IMG/VR virus record: IMGVR_UViG_3300020151_000179
Span: 1-40,085 of that record
Reading direction: 5' to 3' (one strand)
Length of the DNA: 40,085 nt
DNA from: a virus
Lineage: Duplodnaviria > Caudoviricetes
A model generated the notes under the pieces. That model was not told the origin of the DNA. It saw only the letters and a program-made list of their open reading frames with translations, and did no database searches. This document shows positions 16,101-22,755 of this stretch, in pieces (the stretch's first letter is position 1; each line of letters begins with the position of its first letter). The position numbers and the translations under genes are program-made.

Positions 16101-19100
16101 CACGGTACGGTCCGCTACGTCGACGGTAATGGCTACTTTCCCTTCCTTGATGAGCCCTTTTTCTATGGCTCCCTTCAGAGCGTCAACGGCGTTCTGGAAC
16201 AGTTCCTTGGCGGCAGTCAGTCCGGCTATCTTGGCGTTGTCGTACATCTGCTGGCCAACCATGTCCACGATAACCGCGCTGTTTATGTTTCCACGAAGGA
16301 CAGTCGGTTCCCCGGTGATCTCCTCGTCGGGAGCGGGTGCTTCGGCGTCAAACCCCTCGGGAACCAAGTATTCCGCTTTGAGGCGCGTGAGCGGTGCGGT
16401 GTTGCCGTACTCCTTAGCTGCGTCGTCATACTGAACGCGAACGAACCCGTCCCCGTCCTCGGCGGTCTTCACTACGGCAGTCCGCTTACTGTCCCGGTGC
16501 GTAACAAGGTCACCGACTTTAAGTCGAGCCCGTATCCCCGGGGTTGCCGCCGGAGCGGCTTTGGTCGGAGGTGCCTGCGCAGGCGCGGCCTTGTTGGTCG
16601 GCGCAGCAGCGGCGGGGGCGGCGGTTGCGTCACCCTCGGTGAACAGTTCCTTGTAGAAGTTTCCGGAGTCAGACAGGAACTGGTCCATCAGGGACGTGGC
16701 TTCTTTGTTGAACGCCTTACCCGTCGTGATCCAACTCATGGCATTGGTAAACCGCGACCAGACCGTCAGCCCCGCGTTGGAAGCGGTGGTGAGCTTGCCG
16801 GACTTGGCGTTGACGTAGCTTTTCTTGTCCAGTTGGAACGGCGATTCGATTTTCGGAATCTTCAAGTGCCGCATGTAGGCTTGGAAATCCGGGTCGGTCT
16901 GGCCGTAGGTGATGAACTCGGCCACTGCCTTCAGTTGCGCGTCGGGGTTGCCATTGCTGTTTTGGTGGAGTTCTGCGGTGTTGCGCAACGCCGCTTCCAG
17001 ACGAGCCTTTGTACCTGCGTCCAAGTCTTTGGAGAATTCCGCCCACGCCTTACCATGCAGCTTGGCCATCGTTACCAGCGTGTTTTCCAGATAGCCAATC
17101 GAGGGGGTCTTGTTGCTCCAATGGTCGAACAGATACTTGACCGTCGCCGCATGCAAAAGCTCGTGCAGCACCGTGCGGATGTTGTTGCCGTTCTTGTATA
17201 TTGTGACGGTGTGCCCGGTCTTGCTGTGGCTGTCCGGCTTATACGAGTAGTGGCCCCCAACGGGTCGGCCAGCGGCGTTTTTGCCGTCCTCTTTACTAAA
17301 GACAATCTTCGGCGGGTTGCCGGTCTTATTGAAAAACTCGTACAGGAGTTGAGCGATAGCGTGGTGGTCCGCTGTGAACCCCTGCCACCCGCGATTCGAC
17401 AGGAACCGCATGACCCCGCTGCGCTCGCCCGTCCAAGACGCTTTCTCGGTTACGCGGCCTTTGGCGTTCCTCTTGGACTCGGTCCTCGATAGAGGACCCG
17501 TGCCGCTGTCCAGCGTGGCCTGTTCCAGCGAGGAACCCATGTCGATGCCCATGTCCGCCAGTTCGCGGGCAAACGCCTCTGTACGCTTGTTATCCCGAAC
17601 AGTGGTGTCCGACCCGGCACTGACTCCCTCGTTCGCGGTGAGGGTGCCTTTCTTGTACATGTTCCACGACGCGGCCAACCGCACGTGCGGGGAGATCTCT
17701 CGCCCACCTACCTTCTCGTTGTGCCCCTTGATGGCGGCAACGACCTTGTTTACGGAGTCGGTGCCGAACTCGTCCTCCATGGCCTGCAGCAGCGGCACCA
17801 CGGCGTCCATTGATCCTGCCTCTCCACGAGTAGAGGCAGCTAACCTAGGGTAGTACTCATTCTGCTTTGTCTCGGATTTGGCAGACCCCGCCTTGCTAAG
17901 CATTCGGTTCCACGCGGTCAGCGCGTCATGTAGACGGGCGTAGGGCCCCGTCTCGCCTTCGTCTTCCGCTGATTTACTTTGGCGGAGGGCCTTGGCTACG
18001 AACTGGACCCCGGCCTCGTCCAATGGCTTGCGACCGGCTACCGTAGGTGCGTTGCCGCGACGAGGAGCGGCTTCCGAGTTAAGGGACGCGTCTAGCCGTT
18101 TGGTTATAGCTTCTTCGGCTTCGACGCCCTCTCCAGTTGTGCCAGCGATGGGGGGTTGTGCCGCTTGGCCTGAGATGCCGACGGCCGTTTCACCGGCACC
18201 GTCTTGGGTTTTGAGATCTGAAATCCCCCCCGTACGTACGCCTTGACCATTGTTACCATTTGGGGCTCCTAGTTTGGCTTGCAGTGCGGCAATCGTTGTA
18301 GCGAAGTCCGTGGCTGGAACGCCATTTTCCTTGGCGACTTCCTGCCAGCTATACACTTTTTCGGCTATCGGACCTTCCGTGGTGAAGTCATGCAGCATCC
18401 ACTGCGCACCAATTGAAATCGGCAGCGTCGGGTCAAGGACAAGTCCAGCGGGTTTTGGGCGCATCCGCAGCCGTTGGATTTTTTCAGCGTCAGACTCTAC
18501 CGGTGCTACTTGCGCGGCTTGCCCTGATGCGGCGGCTCCTTGCGCTGCAGGCGTGAATTGCACTGTCGGTACTGTGATCCGCCCATCAACGGGCGCGACT
18601 GTCTTCAAGGCCGCGTTAACTTGTCGCCCGTATGCGCGTGCCGTGCTTTCGTCGACCCCGAGGGCCCTCATGACGAACCCGAGGTACTCGGCATCCCTCT
18701 TTGACTTGGTGGTTTCCTTACCGATGATGTACGCCGCTTTGTGCACATCGTCTGGGAATTCCAGCGTACTTCCGCTGTAGCGGGGCGTAGCCCTGCTGAG
18801 GTCTGGCGTCAGACGCGGGATAACCGGAGCGGCGGGAGCGGCGGGAGCGGCGGGAGCGGCGGGAGCGGCGGGAGCGGCGGGAGCGGGTACGAGAGTCGGG
18901 ACCCCGTTGACCAGCTGTATAGACCCGGCGGACGCGATGGGTGCCGGAGCCGCCGTAGGCGCAGCACCGGGTCGGGGAGTGAGCAGCGATCCGCTGCCTT
19001 GGGCTCCTCCAGCCGTGCCTTGCGCCGCAAGTTGCTGTTCGATCTGGTTGCGAGTGTCGAACTGCGTATTGTCTTGCGCCGCTTGTTCCTGCAGCGGGGA

Positions 19101-20318
19101 GACGTAGCCTTGGTACTGCGCGTCCTGCCTGTTTTGCTGTACGCCGGGTGGCTGGAACCGGGGGTTGACCTGCGTGAGGAAGTCCCCCGCCTGCTGGCGG
19201 AGTTCCGGAGCAGCCGCAGGGTCTGAGAGCACTGCCTGCGCGGTGGTGACGTCGCGCTGCCAGTCGGCACGGGACCGGTTGGTGCGAAGGTTGAAGGCAC
19301 CTCCGAGGAGACCACCCGCAATACCACCCTCGACCGAGGCCCGGGCTACGCCCTCGCTGAGAAGACGGTCGTTCGCGTAGTTCTGGCCAACCTGCTCTAT
19401 GGCCGACTGCGGGGCTTCCTCAAACAGCCCTTCCTGCAGGACTCCCTTGCCCACTCGTCCGGGCAGAGACGCGGGTCGCTTGGCGAGGTCTTGAAGAAGG
19501 TCGACGGTCCTGCCCGACGCCATGTACGTCTGGATGTCCTCGATGCCCATACGACGAGCCAAGGCGCTACCGCCCGCTCCAACGAGGCCGACGCCCAGTC
19601 CTACCGCTGCAGAGGTAAGGGCATTGCGTTGCTGGTTGGGGAGGTCCGGATCGTACCCTGCCATCTGGGACCCTGCGGACATCCCACCTTCCCCCACCCC
19701 AACCGCAGTACGCGTCAGCCAAGGGGAGGCGGTGGCAACTCCCGGGCCCATCGCGCCCTCCGCAAGCACCCCTTCGGTAACGCCGACCCCACGGGCCATT
19801 GCCCCAGTGACGGCTTTACGCGCCAACCCGCCGCCGACAAACAACCCCGGAATAGACTGCGCAACGTTGGTAAGAGAGCCTCGGTAGTTCTTAAAATATT
19901 CCCCCATCATGTCGATGGGCCCGACGGCGGGGTCGTCCCATGCTTTCGTCAGCGCCTCTTGCTGCCGCACGGTTTCGGGCGACATGTACCCCGTCGACTC
20001 CTTTGCCCACTTGCCGGGGGTAAGACCTGTCGCCTGTCCTGCGGCTGTGAGCGCCCGCGTGTACGGGCGTTCTCCGGTCAGCATGGTGGCAGGTAGCTCC
20101 GCCAGTCCCGCTATGTCTTCTGGTATTCGCTGCACCCCAGATTTCAAGGAGGTGCCAAGGTCTCCTAAGAGTCCCTCGTTACGCTGAGATAAGCCGAACT
20201 CTTGCCGAGTAAGTTCGGGAGAAGCGCCACGAGCACGAGCAAGTATGTCCGATAGGTCAGTATCGGACAGATCATCCAGTCCCGGTACGAGCTTCCTGTA
20301 ATCGGCTAGGGTCGTCAT
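10176..20318 (-). CDS. Giant (3380 aa) polyvalent internal virion/ejection protein with zincin HExxH domains and a GHKL ATPase domain
   Basis: Last large gene of the ejection module. Gly/Ala-rich N-terminal region; HELLH (17151-17165), HEFAH (14613-14627), HEMGH (13353-13367); GHKL motifs ELFQNAVDA, DNGVGM, GGFGIA, GTTV. Confidence 0.85.
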   Translation of the reverse strand: MTTLADYRKLVPGLDDLSDTDLSDILARARGASPELTRQEFGLSQRNEGLLGDLGTSLKSGVQRIPEDIAGLAELPATMLTGERPYTRALTAAGQATGLTPGKWAKESTGYMSPETVRQQEALTKAWDDPAVGPIDMMGEYFKNYRGSLTNVAQSIPGLFVGGGLARKAVTGAMARGVGVTEGVLAEGAMGPGVATASPWLTRTAVGVGEGGMSAGSQMAGYDPDLPNQQRNALTSAAVGLGVGLVGAGGSALARRMGIEDIQTYMASGRTVDLLQDLAKRPASLPGRVGKGVLQEGLFEEAPQSAIEQVGQNYANDRLLSEGVARASVEGGIAGGLLGGAFNLRTNRSRADWQRDVTTAQAVLSDPAAAPELRQQAGDFLTQVNPRFQPPGVQQNRQDAQYQGYVSPLQEQAAQDNTQFDTRNQIEQQLAAQGTAGGAQGSGSLLTPRPGAAPTAAPAPIASAGSIQLVNGVPTLVPAPAAPAAPAAPAAPAAPAAPVIPRLTPDLSRATPRYSGSTLEFPDDVHKAAYIIGKETTKSKRDAEYLGFVMRALGVDESTARAYGRQVNAALKTVAPVDGRITVPTVQFTPAAQGAAASGQAAQVAPVESDAEKIQRLRMRPKPAGLVLDPTLPISIGAQWMLHDFTTEGPIAEKVYSWQEVAKENGVPATDFATTIAALQAKLGAPNGNNGQGVRTGGISDLKTQDGAGETAVGISGQAAQPPIAGTTGEGVEAEEAITKRLDASLNSEAAPRRGNAPTVAGRKPLDEAGVQFVAKALRQSKSAEDEGETGPYARLHDALTAWNRMLSKAGSAKSETKQNEYYPRLAASTRGEAGSMDAVVPLLQAMEDEFGTDSVNKVVAAIKGHNEKVGGREISPHVRLAASWNMYKKGTLTANEGVSAGSDTTVRDNKRTEAFARELADMGIDMGSSLEQATLDSGTGPLSRTESKRNAKGRVTEKASWTGERSGVMRFLSNRGWQGFTADHHAIAQLLYEFFNKTGNPPKIVFSKEDGKNAAGRPVGGHYSYKPDSHSKTGHTVTIYKNGNNIRTVLHELLHAATVKYLFDHWSNKTPSIGYLENTLVTMAKLHGKAWAEFSKDLDAGTKARLEAALRNTAELHQNSNGNPDAQLKAVAEFITYGQTDPDFQAYMRHLKIPKIESPFQLDKKSYVNAKSGKLTTASNAGLTVWSRFTNAMSWITTGKAFNKEATSLMDQFLSDSGNFYKELFTEGDATAAPAAAAPTNKAAPAQAPPTKAAPAATPGIRARLKVGDLVTHRDSKRTAVVKTAEDGDGFVRVQYDDAAKEYGNTAPLTRLKAEYLVPEGFDAEAPAPDEEITGEPTVLRGNINSAVIVDMVGQQMYDNAKIAGLTAAKELFQNAVDALKGAIEKGLIKEGKVAITVDVADRTVEIKDNGVGMSFETVQKAFFTLGGTEKPTERPSGGFGIAKIQFLSAASKIWLTTVRDGVKVVVETTGADVRRTMSAFGGDPENTKFPADQIKRFKTSDPNGTTVKVRMPETSTDDDGIVTKVEMPKDWMPIPAIEHSPVLENIEVTWNGDVLPIGKNFPKDKFVPLKTVIMPAWGEADILVSKEQVTYSSQKVVHVLSYGVWQFDTIIKPPGAGMWDPAIPYEVFINIRSKVKAQSPSYPIGRSREAFTAKGEKDMGRVKSMIGAMFGFRETLKHVTDYGMLKVVRPDGRIENSVSLVPEVSDAVKAEALLIPDNSNVTVVDGRLMIDGKSIPEMTKAEIEAYRPPDIGQFKIDQDLLNPNDQLLQEGLEYRVEDANGNETWVKPSVYGKDKFGKRFGLYLASLGGVMKTIREQVSSLPGFEGAEKIPIGNLFGSYDLYGTHSNIPFRAVLINPAIASILPESNRGDASTMGPGGSDASVENVAMGMIGTTVHEFAHYRAGDHGYDFMATMQNLFGELTINDPIGFVRAIQAMNKVITDYKDIYDDLNQKPDSERRLFGNPITGSSETDGRANNRTDNTELSERSNGDRSNRRTDRKDTGQSPASRKAEQREDTSFDSEAPADRKTTKQETRDAVEAIELKNRMSPKYKGGGGWNVKDNKLSIGARIDYNGREYRVVSRKDDLVNRQSVKLSPLTAPFGLTDWVRSDTLKRMPFGPRQAEISFDSEAPTNIDDADLIERFSRVENPGSTKYPSDWVAEIKEVQRKWGEAIRTGGAVSRRERTIHGERFGHEYVVYSDGTIHPVPRTFGFGEVALTRAFSALGVSPGPDLRLTEKQLQHPEIKELLAQIKATPLLMSAYRNVDYIGVADYESLGGELVNGAAAQFDPRDRDNVHILLGSFLFDQETGPLFSILHEMGHAVDHFNITVADQPEWKMRAIYTEPGGVARIAPDGGVAKELYDLHASRKHPGLAGILDYPLSRESRDNLWSATPGLGSYPRGGAHHSLFASVIEGEMFAQAVAIWSYGDQARNLLRTLAPLTAKFLDNANEKAAVLPSGQVSPQDAEGSTNSAEGFDAEAPALPAPGQALDPASVPDFDPRYQRTTWFGAFAGWTAGVDRAGLYVAAKAEDFANAFPRAANMARYFDWQFGLPKSLINSWTYTKLKSNPPKHEANALAAVMQNMPEADQQSIMDYLDDKTTKIAPNAKLLADNFKVAFRQLVRDYVSFATMKDDARDALRTKIDTAKISDLLIYVRDQKEVGSSGMSTVPIGHFLSDNRNSIDRANVFGLPNALEGRFFRIMEKLPTGPQGEMRSYVSGFVHEDLAGQHQAGSNETIDRMTGWFLKGPDPTTTGHLIFTSNVSYAEANRYSKLATHGSAMRNTVDKLGRIVSSGRFAQGTIKFGQEAGLVYDSREALAKDHPRMGINAPTVLTIRNVGDIDSLSYLEQNKLRQSDQWVHIPETSRAYGTMAGKYVNGSVWSALQDIHHNQPVINIPAYNTVIRWFKKAKTVFSPGTHIVNIGSNLSWMYLHDIPANSVGEGVRLYYKALVHPERLTIPEQELYGAFVASGAMIADHSSVELRAILSEASVEALGKKPSLWGDTEAMAMYERAKAEAIGKFVIKWGTKGKDKALWLDNFAQELYAAEDNAFRLAAFTSKASSLQAAKGGAKLTKDELMEAGKAAAEEFLDYNIHARAINAMKQTILPFISWPYRAIPAFMTLAIRKPWKVAGLVSALALIDAMAVAMTGGGEEDKRKRKALPTYMNDRLFGYGPHMYIQVPGLGTSNKPVYFKLGGFVPLGDLIQSDGRNPVLGQKWFPSQFTPNGPLISALGATVFNVDPFTGQKISKDTDTQMDALKKRAMYMQGQMAPPALDVKKLVRAKERIWDDKRGPLGHEFSTALEMGSLVGIRLVQIDVAEAALTQSRAVKAIEMEYKKELASVTREALRFPNRKPAELTETKAAIKERMKAEIERVKNKGD
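13921..14261. repeat. Exact 20-bp direct repeat GGGGCTTCGGAGTCGAACGA (13921-13940, 14242-14261)
   Basis: Both copies encode SFDSEAP on the - strand. Related copies lie at 12873-12896 and 16335-16358. Confidence 0.9.
18826..18886. repeat. 9-bp tandem repeat (GGAGCGGCG x6 plus partial) encoding a (PAA)n linker
   Basis: Perfect tandem array read directly; in frame within the giant gene. Confidence 0.95.
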
Positions 20319-20324
20319 AAAGGA

Positions 20325-22016
20325 TTACCTCGGCGGGTTGAGAGTGCCCGTCGCTGCGTTTCGCCTCCCCGCCGCCCCCGCTTGTTCTAACTTCGCTCTC
20401 GCCTCGCGCTCGGCGAGCTCTGCTTCGTCTTTCCTCTTTTTTTCCGCAACAGCGGCGGCTACCTGCCGAAGAGCGTCCACGTCCGTCGCCTGTCCAGATC
20501 CTGAGGCGAGCGGTGGGCCCGAGCGGGCTCCTATGGAGTTGTACCGGACGCCGTACGTGTTCTCCCACGCCTTCTCCCGTTGGGCAATGGCCAGTCTGGC
20601 TTCCGACGAGCTTCCCGCGTCGGACCGGAGTGCTTCAATAGCAGCGCGTTCCGCGTACGCCGCCGTGCTCGACGCAGGCGGAAGGGCACCCAACCCTTGC
20701 GCGTACTCGGGCGCAGGCTTTTCGGCCCGAAGCTGCCGGGAGTAGCCGTCCCGTAGGTACCGAGCCTTTACAGTGTCGGTCAGCGGACCGTCCGTCTCGA
20801 CGTTGTGGGCCTTGGCTGAAGCGTCCGCGTACGAGATGGCCACGGCATCTATGGTCTCCGAGCGAGTTTCTTTCTTACTAGTCGCCCTTACGTCCGCACG
20901 AAGTCCTTCGATTTGCTTTTTAGTAGCGTCCGACATTTCGATCTTGGCCCACTCCTGCTGGCTTCTAGCAATAGAAGCGTGGAGCTTGGGCAACGCCTCG
21001 GGGTTGCTGTTTATCTTCGCGGCCAGCAAGTCTTGGAACTGCTGGAACGGGTTCCGGTCCACATTTTTGGGGTTAGAGGTGTACATCGGGGGCTCCCCCG
21101 CGTGCCCGAAACTGACGGTTTTGTCGGGATTCCGGGTCTCGACTATATCCTTCCCGTTGTTGAACTGCGCGTACGCCCCCCGGTTCAGGTCGCCGACGTT
21201 GTTGGCCTGATTTATTCCGCGCAGCGTCTCGTTATTTAGTTCCTTGTTTGCTCTGATCGAAAGTTCCCCGTACTCCTTGTAGTCGCCAGCGACGCGGCGG
21301 GCTTCGGCGTTAGCTTGGAGGAACATGTACTCCGTCTGCGGCGTGGCCCCGAACGCCCCCTTCTTTGCCGGTGTTCCGTCTGGGGCTACGTACCCCCCGA
21401 TAGGGACGATCCTCGCCAGCGCCGCGTCCCCTGCGCGGGTCAGCCCGACCTTTCGTTTGCCCTCGTCGAAATTGAACTGCTGTATCTCGTCGGCCTTGTC
21501 TTCTCGTGCACGCGTCCGCTGACGATCAAGGCCAAGGTCAAGCCGGTCTTGCGCCCTCTCCGCTTTACCCGCCGCGCCCACCGTATTGTTGCCCGCCCAG
21601 TAGTCCGCCGTAGCTTGCAAGCCCGCAGTGCGCTTTTCGGCGGGGGTGTACTGCGTATCCCGCATTGGCCCGGTAGCACCTAGACCATAACGCTGCCTGC
21701 TTTCAGCCGGAGCAGCTTGCGCTGGGGCCCCCTCGCCAAAAGTAACTGCGTCTTGCGCAGTGATCGCATCGGTCTCCGCCCTAGCGCGTTGTACATCCTC
21801 TGGATTGTAGTTTTGCCGTTCCGTGTACTCCGTAGACGCATTTTTAGCGGCATCGGCAGCTTCGCTGTCCGCCTGATCCGCTTGGAACCCACGAACAGCT
21901 TGGTACGCGGCCAGCCCTGCGTTAAGCATGTTGGCTTGTCGGCCGCGACCGCTAGTGACCGGGGAGTTATCGGCGTAGCGCCAGTTGTCAGTGTCAATAC
22001 CGTATCGGCTAGCCAT
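20325..22016 (-). CDS. Probable internal virion/ejection protein (563 aa)
   Basis: Ala/Gln/Arg-rich, predicted helical, located immediately before the giant protein; GAGGAG RBS. Confidence 0.65.
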   Translation of the reverse strand: MASRYGIDTDNWRYADNSPVTSGRGRQANMLNAGLAAYQAVRGFQADQADSEAADAAKNASTEYTERQNYNPEDVQRARAETDAITAQDAVTFGEGAPAQAAPAESRQRYGLGATGPMRDTQYTPAEKRTAGLQATADYWAGNNTVGAAGKAERAQDRLDLGLDRQRTRAREDKADEIQQFNFDEGKRKVGLTRAGDAALARIVPIGGYVAPDGTPAKKGAFGATPQTEYMFLQANAEARRVAGDYKEYGELSIRANKELNNETLRGINQANNVGDLNRGAYAQFNNGKDIVETRNPDKTVSFGHAGEPPMYTSNPKNVDRNPFQQFQDLLAAKINSNPEALPKLHASIARSQQEWAKIEMSDATKKQIEGLRADVRATSKKETRSETIDAVAISYADASAKAHNVETDGPLTDTVKARYLRDGYSRQLRAEKPAPEYAQGLGALPPASSTAAYAERAAIEALRSDAGSSSEARLAIAQREKAWENTYGVRYNSIGARSGPPLASGSGQATDVDALRQVAAAVAEKKRKDEAELAEREARAKLEQAGAAGRRNAATGTLNPPR

Positions 22017-22755
22017 TTTGTTGCTCCTCGCAGAACGATACTTCTTTCATCAAATTCTTCAGGTGGGGGGCCGTTGCGGCCGCAATGATCTGTATGTTGC
22101 GCTTATACCGAGGATACTCCTCCGGGTAATGCTTCTTCAAGTACGCAGCTTTGTCGTCACCCAACCACGCAGTGCAGTGCATGCAGTCTCCGGAATGCGA
22201 CAACCCTTCGGAATAAAACCGCTGGGGGTCTACACCGTGAAGCCGCATGTACGCAAAACACTCGTCGTCGGTCCAACCCTGTATGGGGTACAGATATTCT
22301 ACGCCGTCGGCGACGTCCCCGGAGCGCAACGGACCTTTCAGGTTGTCCGAGTCTTTCTGCCCCCGGATGACAAGGGTGATACGGTCAGACACCATCCGCT
22401 CGTACATCGGCTCCATCACCGACCGGAAGCAGCACGAAACCCAGTCCTGCATGAGCGGTGTAGTGCCCGTGTTGAGTTGGTGGGCTGAGTACGTTGAAGT
22501 CCAAGGGTACACGTCTGTCGGCAGGCCGAAGTGTTTCCGTGCTTCCAGCACACGTCCGGGAACAACGGTGATCGGCACCCGTTTGGTCATTTGCGCAACC
22601 ACGGCAGCAGTCTCAGGCATCGCATCTCCGGAGTCGCAATGGTACACCGTCATCTGGTCCCAATACGGGCGGAGCAGCAGCAGCGCGGCGGTCGAGTCCT
22701 TACCCCCTGAAAACTGGAACGCTATCCGACTGTGCCGAGAAAAGACGTCGTCCAT
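22009..22755 (-). CDS. PAPS/APS reductase family (PP-loop) protein with CC and CxxC cysteines
   Basis: FSGGKDS PP-loop, DSGDAMPET, SCC...P, IRGQK, YPIQGWTDDE, DCMHCT. Confidence 0.85.
   Translation of the reverse strand: MDDVFSRHSRIAFQFSGGKDSTAALLLLRPYWDQMTVYHCDSGDAMPETAAVVAQMTKRVPITVVPGRVLEARKHFGLPTDVYPWTSTYSAHQLNTGTTPLMQDWVSCCFRSVMEPMYERMVSDRITLVIRGQKDSDNLKGPLRSGDVADGVEYLYPIQGWTDDECFAYMRLHGVDPQRFYSEGLSHSGDCMHCTAWLGDDKAAYLKKHYPEEYPRYKRNIQIIAAATAPHLKNLMKEVSFCEEQQNG

Noticed and set aside
15549-17492. 647-aa + strand ORF, and the many other long antisense/overlapping ORFs in the track (e.g. 4415..5512)
   Set aside because: These are shadow frames opposite well-supported genes in GC-rich DNA, with no recognisable motifs.
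10176-20318. DarB-like methyltransferase/helicase or virion RNA polymerase in the giant protein
   Set aside because: I could not find NPP[Y/F], DExH helicase or DxDGD-type polymerase motifs in a convincing context.
22009-22755. Complete Dnd/Ssp phosphorothioation system or canonical cysH
   Set aside because: No partner dnd/ssp or cys genes are present and the CysH C-terminal catalytic motif is missing.
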